DNA from: Nitrospira japonica
GTDB taxonomy: Bacteria > Nitrospirota > Thermodesulfovibrionia > Thermodesulfovibrionales > SM23-35
DNA length: 48,358 nucleotides
Assembly (NCBI GenBank): GCA_020725385.1
Contig: DYFC01000053.1
Location: 1-48,358 of the forward strand
Reading direction: 5' to 3'
The position numbers were made by a program, and so were the translations under genes. Of this stretch, positions 19,093 through 27,255 are shown piece after piece; position 1 is the first letter of the stretch; every line of letters begins with the position of its first letter. A model generated the notes under the pieces. It was not told the origin of the DNA. It searched no databases and was given only the letters and a program-made list of their open reading frames with translations.

Positions 19093-20342
19093 TGAAATAT
19101 AGTGCCCTTAAGGGTATTCATGACATTTTCCCTCCCGATAGCTTTATTTGGCAACATGTTGAAAATACCGCTAAAGAAATCTTTTCATCATATGGGTTTC
19201 AAGAATTAAGAGCTCCTATTATTGAATCTACCGAAGTTTTTATTAGAAGCATCGGTGAATCAAGCGACATTGTTGAAAAAGAAATGTACACTTTCAACGA
19301 CAAGGCTGGAAGACGAATTACTTTAAGGCCTGAAGGAACCGCTCCTGTAGTAAGATGCTATATTGAAAACCATTTATATAATCTTCCTTCACCCCAAAAA
19401 TTCTTTTATTCAGGTCCGATGTTTAGATATGAAAGGCCACAGGCAGGACGTTTCAGACAATTTTATCAAATTGGCGCTGAAGCATTCGGGATTTCCGAGC
19501 CTGTAATTGATGCTGAAATTCTTTCTCTGTTGAAACTATTTTTTGAAAGGCTCGGACTGAAAGAGCTAAATTTTCAAATAAACTCAATTGGCTGTGATAG
19601 TTGCAGACCCGATTTCCGCAAAGCATTGCTTGACTTTTTCTCGACAAAACTTGAAGGATTATGTCCTGACTGTAGAAGAAGATATGAAATAAATCCTTTG
19701 CGTATTCTTGACTGTAAAGTGCCTGATTGCATAAAACTGAAAGAAGGCGCGCCTGTTGTCATAAAGTATTTATGCAAAGAATGCACAGAACATTTTAATA
19801 GTTTTCAGGAATACCTAAAATTGCTCAATATACCTTTTAATATAAATCCCAACATGGTGAGAGGCCTTGATTATTACACCAGAACAACATTTGAAGTTAC
19901 ATGTGAGCATTTAGGCGCACAGAATGCTGTAGCTGCTGGTGGAAGATACGATAAACTTGTCGAAGAATTCGGGGGTCCTAAAACACCTGCGATAGGATTT
20001 GCAGCTGGAATGGAAAGAATAATTTCACTATTGAAAGATTCCGGCCCGATTAAAATTCCTGCTCCAAAAGTTTTTATTGCTTCATTGGATATTGAATCAA
20101 GTAAAAAAGCTTTATCTATCGCAACTGATTTGAGAGAAAAAGGTTTATGGATAGAATTGGGTTATTATGGAAATTCTCTTAAAAGTCAATTGCGTAGAGC
20201 AGATAGGATTTCAGCAGAATATGTCTTCATTATTGGAGAAGATGAGATTAAATCAAGGAAATTGAAGTGGAAAAAACTTTCTGATAAGACTCAGGGAGAG
20301 ATTCCATTTACAGAAATAGATAATTTTATCTCTGGTATTTAA
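19092..20342 (+). CDS. hisS: Histidine--tRNA ligase
   Basis: KEMYTF, LRPEGTA, FRYERPQAGRFRQFYQ, VRGLDYY and AGGRYD motifs. Confidence 0.97.
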   Translation: MKYSALKGIHDIFPPDSFIWQHVENTAKEIFSSYGFQELRAPIIESTEVFIRSIGESSDIVEKEMYTFNDKAGRRITLRPEGTAPVVRCYIENHLYNLPSPQKFFYSGPMFRYERPQAGRFRQFYQIGAEAFGISEPVIDAEILSLLKLFFERLGLKELNFQINSIGCDSCRPDFRKALLDFFSTKLEGLCPDCRRRYEINPLRILDCKVPDCIKLKEGAPVVIKYLCKECTEHFNSFQEYLKLLNIPFNINPNMVRGLDYYTRTTFEVTCEHLGAQNAVAAGGRYDKLVEEFGGPKTPAIGFAAGMERIISLLKDSGPIKIPAPKVFIASLDIESSKKALSIATDLREKGLWIELGYYGNSLKSQLRRADRISAEYVFIIGEDEIKSRKLKWKKLSDKTQGEIPFTEIDNFISGI

Positions 20343-21760
20343 CCCACTACGTCAAGTTTCCTTACCCTGAATCCAGCACCAAAATTTTCCGCTATTTCTC
20401 TACACTTTTCAATGTCCACACCTTTTGCTGAAACAACGGTTACTGAAACATCAGGTATAACTTTTTTTGCTTCTTTAATAAAATTTAAAACTTCTTTATA
20501 AGCATTTTTATACGCTGGCTTGCAGATTCTGTTATATGTTTCCTCATCATGCGCATCGAGACTTATTGACAATCTATCTACCAGACCTTTCAGTTCAGGC
20601 AAAATATTCCTTTTATGGATCATATTCCCGTGACCATTTGTATTTATTCTGACTTTCCCTCCGTGCTGTTTTATCCATAAAGATAGACTTTTGATTAAAT
20701 CAAGCCTTAGTGTAGGTTCGCCATAGCCACAGAAAACAATCTCTTTATAATCACAAGGATTGCCTATAGCTGCTTTGAGCTCCTCTTCTGATGGTTCATA
20801 TGAGAGTCTTAGATTATGCCCCTTAACATAATCGGATATAAAACGAATGCAGAAAGAACATCTGTTTGTACATCTGTTTGTAATATTTAAATACAGGCTG
20901 TCCCTTATTTTATAAGCGATCTCGCCCCCGGGAGATATTTTCCCTATGTTGAATAGTCTTTTAGCATTAAGTGTAGTAATACGGGCTATATCTTCAATAT
21001 TCACATCTCTTAGTTCTGCTATTTTTTTTGCTGTTTGCACAATAAATGCAGGTTCATTTCTTTTTCCTCTGTAAGGTTCAGGGGCAAGATAAGGAGAATC
21101 TGTTTCGATAAGCAAGTAATCATCCGGAATTATTTTTGCAACTTCATGAATTTTCTTTGCATTCTTGAAAGTCACAGGACCTGCTATAGAGATATGAAAA
21201 CCCATTGCTATTGCTTTTTCAGCCATATCCATATCACCTGAAAAACAATGGAATACGCCGTTTGTAATTCCTGACTCTTTTATAATTGATAAAGTATCTG
21301 CTTTTGCTTCACGGCTGTGTATAACAACCGGCAAATTAAGTTCTTTTGCAAGTAGAAGTTGTCTAAGAAAAACTTTTTTTTGAATATCACGGGGTGAATT
21401 ATCATAGTGATAATCCAATCCTATCTCACCTATTGCGACAACTTTGTTTTTTTGTTTTTCTGAAGACAAATCCTGTATCTTATACTTTGTTGCCCAGTCT
21501 TTTATTCTATTATATATCTCTTCATTGAAATCCTTTGCATCATGTGGATGTAATCCTATAGAACAATAAATAAAATCATATTCTTTTGAGATTTCAATAG
21601 CTCCTTCATTACCTTTCATATCAGACCCGATTGTTATTATTGCTTCAATTCCCGCATCTTTAGCACGCTGAATAACATTTTCCCTGTCCGGATTGAATGC
21701 ATCCATCTCCAGATGACAATGTGTGTCTATAAATTTTTGATTTAAATTAAACCTATTCAT
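20339..21760 (-). CDS. TatD-family hydrolase fused to a TatD-associated radical SAM domain
   Basis: IDTHCH, GEIGLDY and ETDSPYLAP motifs, then LYLNITNRCTNRCSFC (CxxxCxxC), VFCGYGEP and INTNG. Confidence 0.92.
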   Translation of the reverse strand: MNRFNLNQKFIDTHCHLEMDAFNPDRENVIQRAKDAGIEAIITIGSDMKGNEGAIEISKEYDFIYCSIGLHPHDAKDFNEEIYNRIKDWATKYKIQDLSSEKQKNKVVAIGEIGLDYHYDNSPRDIQKKVFLRQLLLAKELNLPVVIHSREAKADTLSIIKESGITNGVFHCFSGDMDMAEKAIAMGFHISIAGPVTFKNAKKIHEVAKIIPDDYLLIETDSPYLAPEPYRGKRNEPAFIVQTAKKIAELRDVNIEDIARITTLNAKRLFNIGKISPGGEIAYKIRDSLYLNITNRCTNRCSFCIRFISDYVKGHNLRLSYEPSEEELKAAIGNPCDYKEIVFCGYGEPTLRLDLIKSLSLWIKQHGGKVRINTNGHGNMIHKRNILPELKGLVDRLSISLDAHDEETYNRICKPAYKNAYKEVLNFIKEAKKVIPDVSVTVVSAKGVDIEKCREIAENFGAGFRVRKLDVVG

Positions 21761-21909
21761 TTCTATCTAATGTTACCCAAAATAATTAAATTTCATCTAT
21801 CAATAAACAAAATTATTCCAGATTATTGTTTTTATATTTTAACCAATGAAAGGCAGACATTACTCAAAAATTTATTTTTCGATAATATGGTCTGACCTGA
21901 AGAAATTGT

Positions 21910-21951
21910 TCTTCAAGGGTAATACGATTTTCTCGCTCTTACCCTTGAAGA
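21910..21951 (-). terminator. Hairpin (probable terminator) downstream of the secreted-protein gene
   Basis: 13-bp perfect stem TCTTCAAGGGTAA/TTACCCTTGAAGA, 16-nt loop, weak U tract. Confidence 0.55.
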
Positions 21952-21970
21952 TGAAGAATAAAAAATTAAA

Positions 21971-22492
21971 TTAATAAATGAGTTTTATGCCTCCAACTCG
22001 AATCTCGTCACCTTGATTGCCTATTACCATTTTCAAACCTAAAGTAATATCCCCGTTTACTTTGGGTTTAGATGATTTAGGTGCATAACTTGTATAACAT
22101 ACAGGGTCAGTTGAAACAAGGTCTGTAGCATCATCATGAATAACAAGTGCTGAATCTGGTTTTGTTGTCTGGGTTAATCTTACCTGAGAAATATATGTAG
22201 AGCCCGGCTGTGTTGTTTGAATTTGATAGCATACCTGTACACCTTTAATAACCTTTTTTTCCTGAGCTGTTAAGCCAATCAGTACCCACTGGAAAGAATT
22301 TTCTGTTACAGGCTTTGAAGCTGTAACTTTTATTGCAGTACTCGGGCAACAATATGGAGAGACATCTAAATCCGATGGCGGACCTGCAGGCCCAACAGCA
22401 ATAGCTGTTAATGGGCTAAACCATATATTTTCTGCCTGTGCTGTACCTGTAATTAAGATTATAAATAAAGCTAACAATAATACTTTTTTCAT
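21971..22492 (-). CDS. Hypothetical secreted beta-rich protein
   Basis: ATG at 22492 after AAGGAGG gives MKKVLLLALFIILITGTAQA|EN, a Sec signal peptide with an AQA site; no family recognised. Confidence 0.8.
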   Translation of the reverse strand: MKKVLLLALFIILITGTAQAENIWFSPLTAIAVGPAGPPSDLDVSPYCCPSTAIKVTASKPVTENSFQWVLIGLTAQEKKVIKGVQVCYQIQTTQPGSTYISQVRLTQTTKPDSALVIHDDATDLVSTDPVCYTSYAPKSSKPKVNGDITLGLKMVIGNQGDEIRVGGIKLIY

Positions 22493-22665
22493 TTTAATGC
22501 CTCCTTTTTTATTAATAATCAGCCTCCTAACCCTTAATTTCACCTCCTTCCTTTAATTTAAAATTGTATGTGTTTGGAAACCTTAATGTTTAAATTTTAG
22601 CACATGTATAATATTTATTAAATGTAAAACATAAATTCAACTCGATAGAGATAAGATGGCAAACC

Positions 22666-23946
22666 CTAAAAATATGTTTTCCTGAGGGTTATTGTCTTTG
22701 CGTGGGCTCCTAATCCTTCTGCTTCTGCAATTGTTGTAACAGTATTTGCAAGGGATCTGAAACCTTCTTTTGTAAAACTTAAAAGACTTGAACGTTTTAT
22801 GAAATCATAGACTCCGAGAGGAGATGAGAATCTCGCTGTTCCACCTGTTGGAAGTGTATGATTGGGACCTGCTGCATAATCCCCAAGCGCTTCGGGCGTC
22901 CACTCACCAAGAAATATTGCACCTGCATTTTTTATCAATGGCAAGATTTCTGAAGGATTTTTTGTCATAATTTCAAGATGCTCCGGGGCTATCTGATTTG
23001 ATATTTCAGCAGCCTCCTCAATTTTTTTAACAACAATAATTGCACCATAATTTTTCAAAGATTCAGAAGCAATATTCTTTCTTCTAAGTAAATCAAGCTG
23101 TTTTCTTAGTTCTTTAATTACATCTTCTGCTAATTTATTTGAAATAGTAATAAGTATCGAGGATGCAAGTTCGTCATGCTCTGCCTGTGAAAGCAAGTCA
23201 GCAGCAATAAATTCAGGATTCGAAGTTTCATCAGCTATTATCAATATTTCACTAGGGCCTGCTATCATATCAATATCAACAATCCCGAAAACCATTCTTT
23301 TTGCTGTTGCAACATATATATTCCCCGGCCCTACAATTTTATCAACTTTTTTAATACGTTGGGTTCCGTATGCAAGCGCTGCAACTGCCTGTGCTCCTCC
23401 GATACAATAAGCCTCTTTTATATCAAGAATATCCAGAGAAGCCATAACATTTTCATTAACCAAATTGTTTGGAGTAGGAACACAAACAACAATTTCCTTA
23501 ACACCAGCTACCTGTGCAGGTATAACATTCATAAGTACTGTAGAAGGATATGAGGCTTTCCCTCCCGGGACATAGACTCCAACACGTTCTAACGGTCTAA
23601 TAATTTGTCCGAGAATTGTGCCTTTTTCGGTAAAAGTCCATGAATGGTCTAATTGCTTTTCATGGAATTTACGGATCCTTTTTGCAGCAAATTTTAATGC
23701 TTTAACTATGTTTTTATCTGCTTTTGAAGCGTGTATTGCAATTTCTTTACGGGAAAGCTTAAGGCTTTTTCTATTAACCTTGTCGAAAGTTTGTGTATAT
23801 TTTTGTACTGCTGAATCACCATTAATCTTAACATCATCAATTATTTCCCTAACTTTTTCTTCAATATCAGGACTTACTCCTGACGCTCTTTTTTTAAGAA
23901 TTAAAAGAAATTCATTGATGGTCTTTTTAGTTCTTATAATTTTCAT
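22666..23946 (-). CDS. hisD: Histidinol dehydrogenase
   Basis: GVYVPGG, GGAQAVAALAYG, IDMIAGPSE, DLLSQAEH, APEHL and GPNHTLPT motifs. Confidence 0.97.
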   Translation of the reverse strand: MKIIRTKKTINEFLLILKKRASGVSPDIEEKVREIIDDVKINGDSAVQKYTQTFDKVNRKSLKLSRKEIAIHASKADKNIVKALKFAAKRIRKFHEKQLDHSWTFTEKGTILGQIIRPLERVGVYVPGGKASYPSTVLMNVIPAQVAGVKEIVVCVPTPNNLVNENVMASLDILDIKEAYCIGGAQAVAALAYGTQRIKKVDKIVGPGNIYVATAKRMVFGIVDIDMIAGPSEILIIADETSNPEFIAADLLSQAEHDELASSILITISNKLAEDVIKELRKQLDLLRRKNIASESLKNYGAIIVVKKIEEAAEISNQIAPEHLEIMTKNPSEILPLIKNAGAIFLGEWTPEALGDYAAGPNHTLPTGGTARFSSPLGVYDFIKRSSLLSFTKEGFRSLANTVTTIAEAEGLGAHAKTITLRKTYF

Positions 23947-23970
23947 AGTTACTATTATAAAAGAAAAATA

Positions 23971-25059
23971 TTAATTGCTTGCAAAATTATTCTGCAAAAG
24001 ATTAATTTCTTTCTCTATAAATTTGCAAACAGTATCAATGTCAGAGTTATGTTCATTATAAAATTCAAGAAGTCTCCCGGCAGAATCAAGGGCTTTTTTG
24101 TAACCCATCTTTCTTGTTTTCTCTATAATATCCCAATTTTTATTTTCTCTGAAATTTTCAAATGCTTCAACCATCTCGGGGAAAATAATCTTCCTGAATC
24201 CGCTTAAAAAGACATTATAAAAACCGAGCGACCCTGATTTTTCATTTTCAATTATATGTCTTAACATTCCTTTTTCAGAAGTATCCGAGAGTACATCTTT
24301 TACCGAGCGTACAAAAATCTCTGCACTACTATGAGGCAGGCTTGAAAGAAGTTGCTTCCATCCCTCTCCTAATTTTGCACCTTCGAATGCCTCGCCCAAT
24401 TCATGATAAACATATTCTTTTGCTTCAGAAAGGGCAATTTTATTAATGTTTTCATATGTTTCCTTTGTAATGCTTTGTTCTCTACTTAATCCATATTCCC
24501 CGAAAGCATAAGATAATTTGCACGGTATATTCCTGCATCTCATTTCCTCAAACTTATTCCAGATAAGTAGTCTTGCCATATCAAATCTTGAGATAATAAC
24601 TTCATTTTGCAACATTGCAGGATAATCGGATAGGTCTCTTACAAATTCTTTGCCGGCTACATATACATTATATCCATCTATTTTCTCATAAGAAATTATT
24701 TCTGCGATAAAAAATACAGGTTTCCGATGAAGTCCGTAGCCTGCTCCATAGAGAAGACCTGAAGCATTTAAAACCTTATTTATTTCTCTTTCATCGAATG
24801 CATTGAATATATCACTGTTTATATTTATATCTACCAAAGCAGAATCTTGAAGTTTTCTCCACAACTCTTCTCTTTCATTAATCCATCTACCAACATCTTC
24901 GTTCTGGAGTTTCTCCCATGGCAATAGACCATTTTCAATACGGTATAATTCACGCAATCTTAAAAGCAGACCACAAAGAGAATAAGTGCCCCAAAAACGC
25001 GCATCCGAAACATTGCAATTATGTTTAATCTGACTGAATATTTTTTTAACATTTACCAT
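23971..25059 (-). CDS. Conserved hypothetical protein, Sfum_1244-like family
   Basis: NCNVSDA...YSLCGLLLRLRELY..E...PWE N-terminus, YGAGYG..KPVFF and HELGE motifs; family assignment from memory. Confidence 0.7.
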   Translation of the reverse strand: MVNVKKIFSQIKHNCNVSDARFWGTYSLCGLLLRLRELYRIENGLLPWEKLQNEDVGRWINEREELWRKLQDSALVDININSDIFNAFDEREINKVLNASGLLYGAGYGLHRKPVFFIAEIISYEKIDGYNVYVAGKEFVRDLSDYPAMLQNEVIISRFDMARLLIWNKFEEMRCRNIPCKLSYAFGEYGLSREQSITKETYENINKIALSEAKEYVYHELGEAFEGAKLGEGWKQLLSSLPHSSAEIFVRSVKDVLSDTSEKGMLRHIIENEKSGSLGFYNVFLSGFRKIIFPEMVEAFENFRENKNWDIIEKTRKMGYKKALDSAGRLLEFYNEHNSDIDTVCKFIEKEINLLQNNFASN

Positions 25060-25100
25060 TTATTTTATTTTAACCAATTGTTTTAAAAAATGTAGATATT

Positions 25101-25259
25101 AACCCGAAAAATGAATTGGACGTAGATAAACGAAGAAAGTATAGGATTATAAAAAGAAAGTTTTTACCTTGAATAAAAATATTCAAGAATTATTTACATA
25201 AGTCTTTATAAATCTAGGCGAGTCTGAGTTCTAATTTTTTTAAATGCATTTTTCGGGTT
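25101..25259. mobile_element. MITE-like non-autonomous element (159 bp)
   Basis: Terminal inverted repeats AACCCGAAAAATG (13 bp perfect, 16/17 extended) at 25101-25117 and 25243-25259; AT-rich non-coding interior. Confidence 0.6.
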
Positions 25260-25415
25260 TATTATATACCTTGCAAGATTTTCATCTATTTCATTATGTC
25301 CTGACTGGTTGCTTTTTCCCTTTTGTAGGATTCTTATATAAGTTGTGACGGTTTCCGCATCTGATAAGAATGCACCCTGAATCATTCAATTCCTGATCAG
25401 GTCTTTTCTTTTCAT
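25260..25415 (-). pseudogene. hicA: Frameshifted, truncated HicA toxin
   Basis: Across 2 frameshifts it reads MKRKDLIR/ELNDSGCILIRCGNRHNLYKNPTKGKKQPV/xHNEIDENLARYII, and it ends at the MITE inverted repeat. Confidence 0.8.
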
Positions 25416-25549
25416 ATAGCAAGAGAGAGTTCTTTGACCTTATGTTTTTCAGTTTGTTCGAAAAATATTGGTTTCATGATCGCTGTTTATCTATTTGCCT
25501 TTATTTATTTATCTGCGCCCTGGTGGCAAAACCGCCCTGCACCTATCTG

Positions 25550-25582
25550 CGCCAACGACTGTGCATGTACGTGTTGGCCTGT
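25550..25582 (-). other. Partial/degenerate integron attC-like site (R''/L'' half)
   Basis: Minus strand reads ACAGGCCAAC-ACGTA-CATGCAC starting 19 bp after the DUF262 stop and complements the GTTGGGCCTGT upstream of the gene. The distal half is non-canonical. Confidence 0.5.
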
Positions 25583-25601
25583 GCCCTGCTATTTGATAAT
25601 T

Positions 25602-26900
25602 TTAGCGTACACCTTTTTGTGCATTGTGTCTTCGGCACATAAGTTGTGCATTCGAGAAAATAGTGCGTCCCCCGCGTGCATGTGCTTTGATATGGTCAAT
25701 CGTGAAATTGTTCCAAGTCAGCGTGTCCCCACACACCACGCACTTCTTGTTCTGGTCAGAGTGCCAGATAAGCCGTCGTTGCTCCTTTGTGAAGCCGCGT
25801 TGTTCGTCCTTCTTCTCGAATAAGCCACCGAGTACTTGTCGCAGAAGTTCTGCCCGTCGTTTACGTGTCGCTTGGCTGTCTGTATCCCCTTGGACAGTCA
25901 GTAAATAATCAGCAAATAGGCGTTGGTCAGGCTTTGCACCTTCAGCCTTACGTACTTGTTGTCGTACAGCGTCAACTCCTACCGAGAGCCAAATCAACAG
26001 AGTCTGTGCCTGATGATTTCGTCTTGAGTTATTGAGGATACAGCCTGCCTTATCCATTTCCCAAACGAGCATGAATAGCGAATAGAAATCTACTGAATTG
26101 GCAAACCGCGTAGTACGCAAATCGGGGAACATGCGCTTTATAATATTAAGCACACGCACAAAGTTTTGAGAACACTTTTTTAGTGAGCGCGCGTCAACAA
26201 TCTGACCGCCGATGATGCTGTCTAAGGCCGACTTTTTATTAATAAGGCCGCCGCTGTGAATTGATGCCAAGAGTTCACAAACCAGCTCTATATGTTTCAT
26301 TCTGCTGATTTGACCGCATGACAAAACTCTATTTTCAAGAAAATACGATTTGTGCCGCTCAGCCAATTTTCCAGCCTGTTTCAAAAAGTCGCTGTGAAAG
26401 AAGCGTGCATGTCGTTTTTCCTGGCCCGTCAATCTCTTGCCCGTAGAGTTAATTCTTACAAATAGATCTATGATGTCTGACAAATCGCCAGAGACCTCAA
26501 CTGTCTGAATCTTGTACCCCATTACACGGTGCTCTTGGCCTTTTTGTTGAACTCGTTGCCATGACCATTCGGATATGCTGTCTGTTGGATCGAGGCGCGT
26601 CTTGACTGAAAACCGCATTCCTCTAAACTGACCTAAGCCTTGAAACATAAGTACTGACTCAAGTCGTTGTTTGCCGTCTATAACGTCATACTCCAACTTT
26701 CCGCTATCGCTGCGTTTATATAGGAAGACGGAAGGAATAGGATAGTTCTGAAAGATGGACTCAATGAGCTTCTTCCGGTCGCTTTTCGTCCAGACCGAGG
26801 TGCGCTGAAAGCCCGGTTCAAGGTTGAGTTGTCCGTTCTTAAACAGAAGGGTGAATTCTTGAATAGTCTTGTCGCCGTAATCAAAATCTAGTTGGGGCAT
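25602..26900 (-). CDS. DUF262 (GmrS-like) plus C-terminal HNH endonuclease; GmrSD-like putative modification-dependent restriction enzyme
   Basis: PGFQR, LIESI..YPIP, VIDGKQRL and LFVRINSTGKRL motifs; C-terminal CVVC...DHIKAHARGG....NAQLMCRRHNAQKG; GC content higher than the flanks. Confidence 0.88.
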   Translation of the reverse strand: MPQLDFDYGDKTIQEFTLLFKNGQLNLEPGFQRTSVWTKSDRKKLIESIFQNYPIPSVFLYKRSDSGKLEYDVIDGKQRLESVLMFQGLGQFRGMRFSVKTRLDPTDSISEWSWQRVQQKGQEHRVMGYKIQTVEVSGDLSDIIDLFVRINSTGKRLTGQEKRHARFFHSDFLKQAGKLAERHKSYFLENRVLSCGQISRMKHIELVCELLASIHSGGLINKKSALDSIIGGQIVDARSLKKCSQNFVRVLNIIKRMFPDLRTTRFANSVDFYSLFMLVWEMDKAGCILNNSRRNHQAQTLLIWLSVGVDAVRQQVRKAEGAKPDQRLFADYLLTVQGDTDSQATRKRRAELLRQVLGGLFEKKDEQRGFTKEQRRLIWHSDQNKKCVVCGDTLTWNNFTIDHIKAHARGGRTIFSNAQLMCRRHNAQKGVR

Positions 26901-26941
26901 TGTTTCTACCCTCTAGCACATAGACATCGAGATTGCAACGA

Positions 26942-26952
26942 ACAGGCCCAAC
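26942..26952 (-). other. Integron core-site-like GTTRRRY at the cassette 5' boundary
   Basis: GTTGGGC (26952-26946) 45 bp upstream of the ATG, at the AT-rich to GC-rich transition. Confidence 0.5.
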
Positions 26953-27068
26953 ATTCTCTTTTAAATTTATTCAACATTATGACAAATTATAGAAATTAAA
27001 TGCTGAATAGTCAATAAAAACCTCTCATTCAGGTTAGGACATTGCCAACGGGCTAAGGATAACAAGCC

Positions 27069-27230
27069 ATGGGGAAACAGGAAAAGAGACACTTTCATAT
27101 TGAGGGGATAATTGCAAAAGAGTGGAAGAAGACCGGATATGGAAGAGATAGATTAGCACGGAATCTTACAGAAAAAGGGATTCCGGTTAAACCTTCAACA
27201 GTCAGATATGTAAATTTTGTATTACTATAG
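27069..27230 (+). pseudogene. Transposase HTH fragment (IS481-like)
   Basis: 53-aa ORF containing IEGIIAKEWKKTGYGRDRLARNLTEKGIPVKPSTVRYV, resembling the second HTH of IS481/IS3-type transposases; no catalytic domain. Confidence 0.45.
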
Positions 27231-27255
27231 ATATAGCTAACACTTTTATAATGCT

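Noticed and set aside
25526-25579. A complete canonical attC ending at GTTTTGC or GTTGGCG
   Set aside because: The L' box and spacing do not fit and the shorter option is only about 30 bp, so only the proximal half is reported.
25434-25908. Plus-strand ORFs 25434-25823, 25442-25642 and 25624-25908
   Set aside because: They are antisense shadows of the GC-rich DUF262-HNH gene and its downstream region, with no RBS or recognisable motifs.
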